Shown piece after piece: positions 1 through 8,017 of a stretch of DNA of 12,656 nucleotides. The position numbers and the translations under genes are program-made. How positions within the stretch are numbered: the first letter of the stretch is position 1; each line of letters opens with the position of its first letter. This DNA is from Candidatus Thorarchaeota archaeon (lineage in GTDB: Archaea > Asgardarchaeota > Thorarchaeia > Thorarchaeales > Thorarchaeaceae), in contig JAEOTX010000008.1 of assembly GCA_016839605.1 (NCBI GenBank), positions 1-12,656 on the forward strand. Direction: 5' to 3'. Under the pieces are notes generated by a model. That model worked only from the letters and a program-made list of their open reading frames with translations, did no database searches and was not told the origin of the DNA.

Positions 1-54
1 AACGATAAATACTGAATAGTAAACAGAACAAGTATAGACAGGTGGACTACCCTG

Positions 55-759
55 ATGCGAGAGAGAATGACTGCAGTACGTGCCGCAGTGGTCGATATTG
101 TAAAAGGAACCTATGGAGAGGATAATGGCCCTCATGTTGTTTCTCCCTATGGTGTGGAGCTAAGAAGAGTTGCTCTTGTTGGTCTAATAATCGACCAATA
201 CTCAGGAGAAGGATTTGCAAGCATAACCATTGATGATGGAACTGAAACGATAAGGGCAAAGGCGTGGGGAGGTGAAGCAGCCTCTCTTGATAAGGTTCAG
301 ACGAACATTCTAGCCCTTATTGTCGGAAAAATCAGGGAGTATGAGGGCGAACTCTATGTGGTTCCTGAAATAGTGCGTGAACTTGATGACCCAAATTACC
401 TGACCGTCCATAAAATGGAAAGATATGTAGCCATGCTCACTCGCAGTGGCGTAACCCCTGAGTTGCCTTCCGAATTGGAGGATTTTATCGAGGAATCAGC
501 TCCACCTCCAAAACCTGAAGCCCCCACAAAGAAGCCTAAGAAGAAAGGGACGCCTGTCACAGGTAAAATCTACAAGCAGATTATGCAATACATAGAACAG
601 AACTCGAAGGAAGAGGGTGTTCCTATTGCATCCATTGTAGATTTCTTTGAGGAAAAGGGTCATGACCGTACAGACATCCAGCTGAAAGTTCTTGATCTTC
701 AGGGTCAGGGAAACCTAGTTGAAGTGAAAGTAGGAGTCTATCGTCCAGCTGACTCCTGA
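55..759 (+). CDS. Replication protein A, RPA32/RPA2-like subunit (OB fold + Pro/Lys linker + C-terminal winged helix)
   Basis: OB-fold motifs RVALVG, TIDDGTETIRAKAW, IVGKIREYEG and helix DPNYLTVHKME. The C-terminal QIMQYIEQ..EG...LQGQGNLVEVKVGVYR matches the RPA32C winged-helix pattern. SD-like AGGTGG at 40-45. Confidence 0.85.
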   Translation: MRERMTAVRAAVVDIVKGTYGEDNGPHVVSPYGVELRRVALVGLIIDQYSGEGFASITIDDGTETIRAKAWGGEAASLDKVQTNILALIVGKIREYEGELYVVPEIVRELDDPNYLTVHKMERYVAMLTRSGVTPELPSELEDFIEESAPPPKPEAPTKKPKKKGTPVTGKIYKQIMQYIEQNSKEEGVPIASIVDFFEEKGHDRTDIQLKVLDLQGQGNLVEVKVGVYRPADS

Positions 760-808
760 ACCAAGTACGGAACGACAGCTTAATAGCGAAAACGGAGTGA
801 TTTGAGTT

Positions 809-1222
809 ATGGACGACTACGAAAGTCTACTAGAAAGGGCGCGTTCTCAAATTCCAGAAGATGCCTTCAAGAGATCCGGAGAGCGATTTCAGGTTCCAAA
901 AGTACAACTGATGGTTCAAGGTAACAGGAGCTTTTGGCAGAACTTTCAGGAGATTATCAACATTCTAAACCGACCAGGGAAAGAAGTGCTCAAGTATGTC
1001 GCTGGTCAGCTAGCCACAGCAGGCAATATTGAAGGGAGCAATGCCATTTTCAATGGAAAGTTCATGTCGGAACAGGTAGAAGACGTACTGAACAGCTACA
1101 TCGAGTCGTATGTGATCTGCCCAGTGTGCACTCGTCCAGACACTAGCATGGCTAAAGAGGGCAACGCATATTATCTGAGTTGCTCTGCATGCGGAGCTCG
1201 AACATCCGTGAGACCGGTCTGA
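809..1222 (+). CDS. eif2b: Translation initiation factor 2 subunit beta (aIF2-beta)
   Basis: N-terminal YESLLERA, then ERFQVP, QLATAG, YIESYVICPVC..PDT...CSACGA zinc ribbon. SD-like GGAGTGA at 794-800. Confidence 0.96.
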   Translation: MDDYESLLERARSQIPEDAFKRSGERFQVPKVQLMVQGNRSFWQNFQEIINILNRPGKEVLKYVAGQLATAGNIEGSNAIFNGKFMSEQVEDVLNSYIESYVICPVCTRPDTSMAKEGNAYYLSCSACGARTSVRPV

Positions 1223-1238
1223 AAGGAGGGACTACTCT

Positions 1239-1541
1239 TTGCCAAATGTCTACATGCGCGCACAAGAAACGCACGATGGACATTATGTAGTCGCCATGTG
1301 CGATGAAACACTTCTCGGTAAAACACTGATAGAAGGAAACGTCAAGTTCAAGGTTTCTCCAGAGTTCTATGGTGAAGAACTGGTTGATGTCAAGATTTGT
1401 GTCGAGCACCTCAACAAAGCAACTATCGCAAATATGGTCGGATCAACTAGTGTCAAGACTGCAATGAAGGCTGGTTTTGTACATGAGCAAGCCGTTGCTT
1501 ATATTGAGGGGCATCCACATGCGCAGTGGGTACGCCTCTAA
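1239..1541 (+). CDS. DUF424 family protein
   Basis: VVAMCDETLLGK, VSPEFYG, ATIANMVG, IEGHPHAQ. TTG start with GGAGGG at 1225-1230. Confidence 0.9.
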   Translation: MPNVYMRAQETHDGHYVVAMCDETLLGKTLIEGNVKFKVSPEFYGEELVDVKICVEHLNKATIANMVGSTSVKTAMKAGFVHEQAVAYIEGHPHAQWVRL

Positions 1542-1924
1542 TGATGACCTGATCCCCCGCCACAGAGTGCGTCCGTTCCCATATCAGAGGAGCTTCCTTC
1601 TAGATAATTCTGCAGGACTTCCCTCACAGTGGTGCCTTCTGCTCTAACAACCGCTATTCCCACCTGTTGAGTCACCATGTAGGGACGTTGGCCCATACCC
1701 AAAGCTATCAGGATCTTCACTCCTCTATCAGCCAAGGCCATCACAGGTTCAGCACAGCTTGAATGTCCTGCATTCATCACTGTTTCCACCTCGACTATTT
1801 TTCCGTCCTCAATAGTGGACACAACAAACATTGGACTCTTTCCAAAATGTCCACTTATTGGACTGTCGAGTCCCTCTTCTGAAATCGCTGGTACTGCTAT
1901 TTTGTGCGTAGTCATTTGTATCAT
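1538..1924 (-). CDS. NifB/NifX family (FeMo-cofactor-biosynthesis-like, COG1433-type) metal-cluster-binding protein
   Basis: KIAVP, SGHFGKSPMF, GMGQRP, GIAV, TVREVLQNYLEG and a Cys/His tail LCGGGSGHH. The start may be ATG 1915 rather than 1924. Confidence 0.88.
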   Translation of the reverse strand: MIQMTTHKIAVPAISEEGLDSPISGHFGKSPMFVVSTIEDGKIVEVETVMNAGHSSCAEPVMALADRGVKILIALGMGQRPYMVTQQVGIAVVRAEGTTVREVLQNYLEGSSSDMGTDALCGGGSGHH

Positions 1925-2352
1925 TCCTCGTCTGCTTTGAGCTGTTTCTTTCTGAATAGGGTGTCCGAGTCACACTGAGTACAGGTCTTGGGCCTCGGTT
2001 CCCCCAGCGGGGCATCTATTGTAGTCCCACAGTCTTTGCATTCAAACACACGGACGTCGCAGGGCAAGACGTACTCTCCCCCCTCAATCCGCAGTACAAT
2101 TCCTCGTACTATGGTCTCTGCAATCTTCTTTCTTGCTGAGGTCAGAATTCGGTTGAACGTAGGTTGGCTGACGTGCATAACATCGCTGGCCTCTCTCTGA
2201 TTCATTCCCTCAAAGTCTGCCAATCTTACAGCCTCAAATTCGTCAACTGTAATGAATATCTCATCAAGCTCTTTTGCAGGAATGCCAGCAGGCTTAAAGA
2301 TGGATATTAGTGGTTCTTTGGAAACCTTTCTGAACTGTTTCCTTCGAGGCAT
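1921..2352 (-). CDS. DUF134 (UPF0251) HTH protein with C-terminal zinc ribbon
   Basis: MPRRKQFRKV, FKPAGIP, DEFEAVRLAD.EGMNQ.EA..M.VSQPTF.RIL.SARKKIA..IV.G..LRIEGG, followed by CKDC...CTQC. ATGA overlap with the downstream gene. Confidence 0.93.
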   Translation of the reverse strand: MPRRKQFRKVSKEPLISIFKPAGIPAKELDEIFITVDEFEAVRLADFEGMNQREASDVMHVSQPTFNRILTSARKKIAETIVRGIVLRIEGGEYVLPCDVRVFECKDCGTTIDAPLGEPRPKTCTQCDSDTLFRKKQLKADEE

Positions 2353-2371
2353 AAAAAATTCTTAATCATAA

Positions 2372-2388
2372 TTCAAAAAAGGCTTCCG
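2372..2388 (-). promoter_or_regulatory. Putative BRE/TATA promoter for a leaderless DUF134-NifX transcript
   Basis: Minus strand reads CGGAAGCC-TTTTTTGAA, about 20-28 nt upstream of ATG 2352, with no SD. Confidence 0.35.
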
Positions 2389-2428
2389 ATGAGTCGATAG
2401 TATCAAGATGCTGGTACATCCTACCACG

Positions 2429-2435
2429 TTTTAAG
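2429..2435 (+). promoter_or_regulatory. Putative TATA box for a leaderless nmd3 transcript
   Basis: TTTTAAG about 22-28 nt upstream of TTG 2457. Confidence 0.4.
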
Positions 2436-2456
2436 GAATCAGAGAAACTAACACGG

Positions 2457-3536
2457 TTGAGAACCTTGACTGCCCCCTGTTATGAGTGCGGAGAGAAGTC
2501 TGTGATTGATGGACTCTGCGCCGAATGCTACAGAAGAGCACATCCATTAGTTGAGGTCAGGTCTCCACTCAAACTACTTGCATGCAAGAGATGTGGTTCG
2601 GTCAAAGTGCCCGGTGGATGGAAGACAATCCCTGAACACCCGTCTGATTCTGAAGAGATGATAGAACGCCAAATCGCGATTCTTCTACAGCAAGAGGTCA
2701 AACTGAAAGCTGACGATGTTCAAATAGAGTACTCTGAGGAGAAAATTCTGGATAGAGTCCGTCATATTTTGGTTGTAGCCTCGGGACGTTCTGATTCCTC
2801 TATAGCAGAGCACTCTGAGAGTTATCCTGTTGAAGTGCGATTCAGCTATGCTACTTGCGACACATGTGCGATGATGAGTGGGGGCTACTACGAAGCAACT
2901 CTCCAAATCAGAGCAGATGAGAGGTCGATTACTGACAAGGAAGCGGATGAGATCGTTTCGGTGGTCACGGACTTGACTGTGGCAAAGTATGGCAAGGATG
3001 TAAAGGCCTTCGTGACAGAGGTGAACAGGGATAGGTATGGATTGAACTTCAAGATTGGCTCTGAGCACCTTTGCAAGCGAATAGCAGATAATCTTCAACA
3101 AAGGTATCTTGCCCAACGCAAGGAGAACTACAAGCTCATTGGTGAAGATAAAGGGGGTAAGAAGAAGTATCGGATAACTATTCTCATTCGACTTCAAAGA
3201 TTCACACTCGGCGATTTCCTGCAAATAGAATCTGCGCCATGTCAGGTCACTGCAATGGGACGTGGAGGTCTCAGTTGCTACAATCTCAGGGATGGAAATA
3301 GATTCACAATCAATCCAAAAAGCGCAAGATGGAGGACTATCGAGTTTATTGCACCAGAGTCAGACAAACGCCAATTCATGGTTGTATCAAACCTCCCTAA
3401 TCAACCCGTCCAAATAATGGACTCTGAAAGCTTCGAGATGCATGAGATTGACCAGCAGGATTTGACAATAGATGTATCTAATGGTGATACCGTTTTTGGA
3501 CTCTGTCTAGATAATCGAGTATTCCTATTTCCTTGA
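2457..3536 (+). CDS. nmd3: NMD3 family ribosome-biogenesis protein with eIF5A-like C-terminal region
   Basis: Four CxxC pairs (CYEC, CAEC, CKRC, CDTC), GGYYEATLQIR, KLIGED..GKKKYRITILIRL and C-terminal VQIMDSESFE. TTG start. Confidence 0.93.
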   Translation: MRTLTAPCYECGEKSVIDGLCAECYRRAHPLVEVRSPLKLLACKRCGSVKVPGGWKTIPEHPSDSEEMIERQIAILLQQEVKLKADDVQIEYSEEKILDRVRHILVVASGRSDSSIAEHSESYPVEVRFSYATCDTCAMMSGGYYEATLQIRADERSITDKEADEIVSVVTDLTVAKYGKDVKAFVTEVNRDRYGLNFKIGSEHLCKRIADNLQQRYLAQRKENYKLIGEDKGGKKKYRITILIRLQRFTLGDFLQIESAPCQVTAMGRGGLSCYNLRDGNRFTINPKSARWRTIEFIAPESDKRQFMVVSNLPNQPVQIMDSESFEMHEIDQQDLTIDVSNGDTVFGLCLDNRVFLFP

Positions 3537-3627
3537 ATGTGTAGAGAGCTACGCTTAAATGGCCTCTCTCGGCAATGACAGTCAGGCCATTGCTATCCCA
3601 TTGCATGGCTACGAATGGAGGATTATT

Positions 3628-3960
3628 TTGTCCCGAAGAGGTAAACGTCGCAAGCCCCATGGTCCCCCGACCGAAGAACTAGTCCGTGTCAGGACTCCTA
3701 GACGTAACGATGGAGAGATGTATGGAATCATCATCCAAATGCTAGGTTTTGACAGGGTCAGAGTACGATGTGAGGATGGCGAGATTCGCATAGGGCGCAT
3801 ACCCGGTCGAATGAAGAAACGAGTCTGGATGCGTGTTGGTGACACTGTTATACTTACACCTTGGGACTTCCAAACCGATCAGAAGTGTGATGTTGTCTAT
3901 AGATATCGAGGCAATGAGCTTGACTGGCTTCAGAAGAAGGGACTTCTGAAGATGTTCTAG
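3628..3960 (+). CDS. eif1a: Translation initiation factor 1A (aIF1A)
   Basis: MLGFDRVRVRCEDG..RIGRIPGRMKKRVWMRVGD.V...PWDFQ...K.DVVYRY....WL. Start reassigned to TTG 3628 (GGAGGA at 3617-3622) instead of ATG 3559. Confidence 0.96.
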   Translation: MSRRGKRRKPHGPPTEELVRVRTPRRNDGEMYGIIIQMLGFDRVRVRCEDGEIRIGRIPGRMKKRVWMRVGDTVILTPWDFQTDQKCDVVYRYRGNELDWLQKKGLLKMF

Positions 3961-3967
3961 GCTAACC

Positions 3968-3972
3968 TTTTT
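3968..3972 (+). terminator. Possible oligo-T terminator after aIF1A
   Basis: T5 run (CCTTTTTCT) 7 nt after the stop codon. Confidence 0.25.
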
Positions 3973-4038
3973 CTGAATAACTATCAGATTAGTACTGAAA
4001 TTCGGTTCCTTTCGCGTCTGATAGGAAGTATTAGCAAG

Positions 4039-4827
4039 TTGAAAGATCTGGACAAGAAGCATGAGCGATTTCTATCTGAGCTCGATCGCCGAAAGATGAA
4101 ACGACGAAAGGACTCTGATGAATTCAAAGTAGTTGAAGGTGTGATTGATACTTCTACCCTTAAGGCTCTCTACAAGCTTCTCGGCAGAGGAACAATCAAT
4201 GCTCTTTATGGCTCCATTAGCACTGGAAAAGAAGCTAATGTCTATGCTGGAGAAGACGTGGAAGGTACTCCTGTTGCTGTCAAGATATACCGTATAAGTA
4301 CTGCTGAAACAGACTATATGCTTGAGTATATCATTGGAGACCCGCGTTTCAAACGAGTCGGTCGTCGCAGCAGGACCTTGATTCCCCAGTGGGCCCTCAA
4401 GGAGTACAAGAACCTGCATAGATATCACGAGGCAGGTGTTCGCGTTCCCAAGCCTCTTGACATTCAACAAAATGTCCTCGTTATGGAGTTCATTGGTGAC
4501 GTTGATTCTGGGACACCTGCAAGATTGATGAAGAATGTAGAAATCGAGTCTCCTGTTGACACGTTCAACGAAATCATCGATATGATTCAGACAGGCTATG
4601 TAAAAGCTGGACTAGTCCATGCTGACCTTAGCGAGTATAACATTCTGTGGCATAATGGTCCTGTAGTAATAGATGTTTCACAAGCGGTCCTCAAGACGCA
4701 CGACAATGCAAAGCGTTACATGCTCCGGGATATTAGCAATATCACAACCTTTTTCCAGAAACTCGGGGTCGAAGCTGAGAACCCAATAGAGATAGCAAAA
4801 GAGATACTGTCCTCTGGTGAAGAGTAA
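4039..4827 (+). CDS. rio1: RIO1 family atypical serine kinase/ATPase
   Basis: ISTGKEANVY, AVKIYR, WALKEYKNL, NVLVMEFIG, LVHADLSEYNIL, IDVSQAV, RDISN. TTG start. Confidence 0.96.
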   Translation: MKDLDKKHERFLSELDRRKMKRRKDSDEFKVVEGVIDTSTLKALYKLLGRGTINALYGSISTGKEANVYAGEDVEGTPVAVKIYRISTAETDYMLEYIIGDPRFKRVGRRSRTLIPQWALKEYKNLHRYHEAGVRVPKPLDIQQNVLVMEFIGDVDSGTPARLMKNVEIESPVDTFNEIIDMIQTGYVKAGLVHADLSEYNILWHNGPVVIDVSQAVLKTHDNAKRYMLRDISNITTFFQKLGVEAENPIEIAKEILSSGEE

Positions 4828-5394
4828 ATGCACTTGTATGAAACTGTCAGGGTGCCAGCTGAGCGTGTTGGCGTGATTGTGGGTCGTAACGGCAGAGTGA
4901 GAAAGAGAGTAGAGAAGCTCACGAATACAAATATCGAAGTGGACTCGGAAGGCATTGTAAAGATAACTGGTCGCGAGGACACAGAGGACCCAGTCTTAGC
5001 GTGGAAAGCCAAGGACATAATTCGAGCCATGGCTCGTGGCTTCAGCCCAAAGAATGCACTGTCTCTCATCGATGAAGATTCACGTCTGGTTGTCATCTCA
5101 TTGCGCGAAGTGGTAGGGTCTTCTCCTAACCAACTAAAACGAGTAGCTGGAAGAATCATTGGAGAAAATGGACGAACCAGACGAGCAATAGAGCAGATCA
5201 CAGAGGCTAGAATATCAATCTATGGAAGAACAGTGTCTCTCATCGGATATGATCCTGGTCTCCAATATGCCCAGAAAGCCGTTGACATGCTCATTGGTGG
5301 AGCCCCCCATGGTGCAGTTTATGCGATGTTAGAAAGAGCACGACGAGATATGACCAGAATGGGGGCAGAGCTCTGGGAAGACACTGACCTTTGA
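4828..5394 (+). CDS. dim2: KH-domain pre-rRNA processing protein Dim2/Pno1
   Basis: KH GxxG loops IVGRNG and GRIIGENGRT, plus RAMARGFSP and MLIGGAPHGAVY. Directly abuts the rio1 stop (TAA-ATG). Confidence 0.93.
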   Translation: MHLYETVRVPAERVGVIVGRNGRVRKRVEKLTNTNIEVDSEGIVKITGREDTEDPVLAWKAKDIIRAMARGFSPKNALSLIDEDSRLVVISLREVVGSSPNQLKRVAGRIIGENGRTRRAIEQITEARISIYGRTVSLIGYDPGLQYAQKAVDMLIGGAPHGAVYAMLERARRDMTRMGAELWEDTDL

Positions 5395-5447
5395 TGCGAT
5401 GTAATACCCGAGCTAATAATGCCAATGTCCTTCTCAGCAGTTGAACA

Positions 5448-6965
5448 ATGACCGTGCTTAATCAGTCTGTGGAAGGTTTTCGTAGTATTTCGCCTGCTGA
5501 GTTCTTCTACAGAAACCGCCAAATGGCAGGGTTTGGGAACCCAACACAATCAGTCTACTCTGCTGTGAGAGAGCTCGTTGAAAACAGTCTAGACGCTTGC
5601 GAAGACGCACAACGTATTCCTCAGATAAGGATTGCAATAGACAATCAGTCTTCTGACATATTGAGTATCAAAGTAGCTGACAATGGCTCAGGGCTTCCAT
5701 ATCAGCATGTGCCTGAGGCATTTGGGAGGGTTTTGTACGGGAGCAAGTATGATCAGAAACAGAAGAGAGGCACGTTTGGGCTGGGAGTGACAATGGCGGT
5801 CCTGTATGGCCAGATCACTACAGATTCATCAGTAGTTGTTCATACTCAAAACAGCTCCGGGCCGGGAAGAGTCTACAGTCTCCTGATTGATGTAGAAGAG
5901 AATATGCCAATTATAGAGAGTGAACGGGAACAGGTCCGGTCTGATGATGGTACGACTGTGACTATCAAACTCAGGGGTGATTTGAAACGGGCTCGAGAAC
6001 GAGTTGTTGAATACATTCGATTGACCACAATCGCCTCGCCACACGCGGTCATCGAGTTGGACTTTGGCGGTAGCGAGATGATCAAAGTAGGTGGTTGGTC
6101 TAAGAGAGTCCCTGAAGTTCCTATACCCTCCAAACCACACCCTAGATCTGCGGATTTGGAGATATTGAGGAGATTGATCACCAAGAGCCCGTCAAAAAAG
6201 CTTCACGATTTCCTAGTCGACTCATTTCAGCAGGTGGGCTCCAGAACCGCTTCGCGCTTTCTAAAGTTCCTTGGTCTTGACTCAAGCGCTAGAATCGAAT
6301 CACTTTCCCGTGCTGATATTTCTCGCCTAAGTACGTCCCTTCAGAGGTTTGATGGATTTGGCCGTCCAGATAGCAGATGCCTCAGTCCAGTTGGCGAGGA
6401 AGCCTTCCTACTCTCTGTAAGGTCACTCTTCAGTCCATCATGGATACTGTATTCGAAGCAGAAGCCTTCCGAATGGCAGGGAAACCCCTTCTTCGCAGAA
6501 GGTGTCATTGCACTCGGTAGCAAGTTTCCAAATGTGGATACACCAACCCTCTATCGATTTACAAACAAAGTGCCCCTGCTGTATGATGCAAACGATGATG
6601 TAATGACGAAGATAATGAGGCGTCTCAATTGGAAACGCTATGGATTCTCTGGACCCCTGCCTGTCGCTCTATTCATGCATTTTGGCTCAACAAAGGTGCC
6701 TTACAGAGCGGCTGGAAAGCAGTCATTGGCGCATATGATAGAAATCGAAACAGCGGTTACTGGTCTAATTCGAACGCTAGGACGAGCATTGAGGAAGCAA
6801 GCGGGCCGCCGTGACCAATCCAGACGCGATGCAAGAAAGATGCGCGAGTTCTCAGAGATGTTTAACATTATAGCCAAGTACGGTCCAGCCCTCGCAGAAG
6901 CAGAACCCCCTTCTTCTACGGCACACATGGTCAAAACCCTCTTTGAGGTGAACACTGATGTCTGA
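5448..6965 (+). CDS. top6B: DNA topoisomerase VI subunit B
   Basis: SPAEFF..N; GHKL motifs ELVENSLDA, DNGSG, RGTFGLG, GTTV; H2TH region; RFTNKVPLLYD; WKRYG; switch-lysine motif KVPYRAAGKQS. Confidence 0.95.
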   Translation: MTVLNQSVEGFRSISPAEFFYRNRQMAGFGNPTQSVYSAVRELVENSLDACEDAQRIPQIRIAIDNQSSDILSIKVADNGSGLPYQHVPEAFGRVLYGSKYDQKQKRGTFGLGVTMAVLYGQITTDSSVVVHTQNSSGPGRVYSLLIDVEENMPIIESEREQVRSDDGTTVTIKLRGDLKRARERVVEYIRLTTIASPHAVIELDFGGSEMIKVGGWSKRVPEVPIPSKPHPRSADLEILRRLITKSPSKKLHDFLVDSFQQVGSRTASRFLKFLGLDSSARIESLSRADISRLSTSLQRFDGFGRPDSRCLSPVGEEAFLLSVRSLFSPSWILYSKQKPSEWQGNPFFAEGVIALGSKFPNVDTPTLYRFTNKVPLLYDANDDVMTKIMRRLNWKRYGFSGPLPVALFMHFGSTKVPYRAAGKQSLAHMIEIETAVTGLIRTLGRALRKQAGRRDQSRRDARKMREFSEMFNIIAKYGPALAEAEPPSSTAHMVKTLFEVNTDV

Positions 6966-8007
6966 ACACGGTCCAGTCGACACACTCAAGGCAATAGGAA
7001 AGCGAATAACTGAAGCCATAGGAGAAGGTAGATTTCCTGTAGTAGATCTTCCAAATCGAGCCACTGACAATATAGAGTTCGATTCAAAACTCAACCAATT
7101 TGTACTGGGTAGCTCTCGGGTGAAGAGAGACTCAAGCAATCTGAAACATATCCGTAGCTTTGCTCAGCTCACATGGGTGGCATACTTCGCAAAACAACTC
7201 CTAGAGAGCGATCGGACAAGCTCTTTGAGGGATCTATACTATTCAAGTGAAGCTTTTGGTGTAAGATTCAATGACCAAGCGGAATCAGACCGCATCATCA
7301 CTGATCTTGAATGTCTGACAGGTCAGCCCCGTGAAGCCTTTGGTATCTTTCCAGAGGAGCGCTCATCCATTTTCGGGTCAGTCAAGCTGAATTACACTGT
7401 TCCTGGATACGAAGGACGCGAAGTCGATCTCACCTTGAGCCCAGATGGATTTCCAATAGGGAGAGCACTGATGACCGCTGAGCCTGTTGAAACAGATGCA
7501 GAGATGATTTTGGCTGTTGAATCTGGTGGAATGTTTTCACGACTAATAGAGACCAAAGCCTGGAAACGTTATCAGGCGATTCTTGTACAGCTAGGAGGTC
7601 AACCCCCACGATCCACTCGTGCCCTCATGCGAAGACTGCATGAAGCGTTTGGACTCCCTGTGTTTCTATTCACTGATGGAGACCCCTGGGGAATGCATAT
7701 AGCTCAAGTTGTAAAAAGCGGCAGCGCTAATGCAGCCCATATCTTAGGGCTAACGATACCCTCTGCTAATTGGATTGGTGTGACTCCAGAAGACATTCGT
7801 GAATATTCATTGCCTTCTGAACCAATGGCCAGTGCAGACCTCAAACGACTCGACGAACTTGCTCGTGACATCAGATATGAAGGGCCCGACTGGCAGAATC
7901 ACATAGCTGAGTTTCGCAGCCTCAGCAGAAAAGCTGAGCAACAGGCTTTCAGCAGATATGGCATGGATTTTGTAGTTGATACCTATCTTCCTGACAAGCT
8001 AGAATAG
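6958..8007 (+). CDS. top6A: DNA topoisomerase VI subunit A
   Basis: Catalytic SLRDLYY, QAESD..I.DLE, TOPRIM AVESGG, GQP.RSTR, FTDGDPWG, KAEQQA. 8-nt overlap with top6B and SD GAGGTGA at 6945-6951. Confidence 0.96.
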   Translation: MSEHGPVDTLKAIGKRITEAIGEGRFPVVDLPNRATDNIEFDSKLNQFVLGSSRVKRDSSNLKHIRSFAQLTWVAYFAKQLLESDRTSSLRDLYYSSEAFGVRFNDQAESDRIITDLECLTGQPREAFGIFPEERSSIFGSVKLNYTVPGYEGREVDLTLSPDGFPIGRALMTAEPVETDAEMILAVESGGMFSRLIETKAWKRYQAILVQLGGQPPRSTRALMRRLHEAFGLPVFLFTDGDPWGMHIAQVVKSGSANAAHILGLTIPSANWIGVTPEDIREYSLPSEPMASADLKRLDELARDIRYEGPDWQNHIAEFRSLSRKAEQQAFSRYGMDFVVDTYLPDKLE

Positions 8008-8017
8008 TGTCAACGAC

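Noticed and set aside
1538-1924. Nitrogen fixation signal from the NifB/NifX-like gene
   Set aside because: This family is widespread in non-diazotrophs, often next to DUF134, and no nif structural genes are present.
3559-3627. 23-aa N-terminal extension of aIF1A from ATG 3559
   Set aside because: No SD before 3559 and the peptide is unlike aIF1A. A strong GGAGGA precedes TTG 3628, which gives the typical basic N-terminus.
757-5394. Selenocysteine or read-through at TGA stops, with the 3981-4024 hairpin as a SECIS
   Set aside because: Each TGA falls at the expected family C-terminus rather than at a Cys-equivalent position, and the hairpin has no convincing SECIS core.
6958-8007. Meiotic Spo11-like protein or degenerate Topo VI
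   Set aside because: It is coupled to a Top6B with intact GHKL, WKxY and switch-lysine motifs in the usual archaeal context, so it is an ordinary Topo VI.
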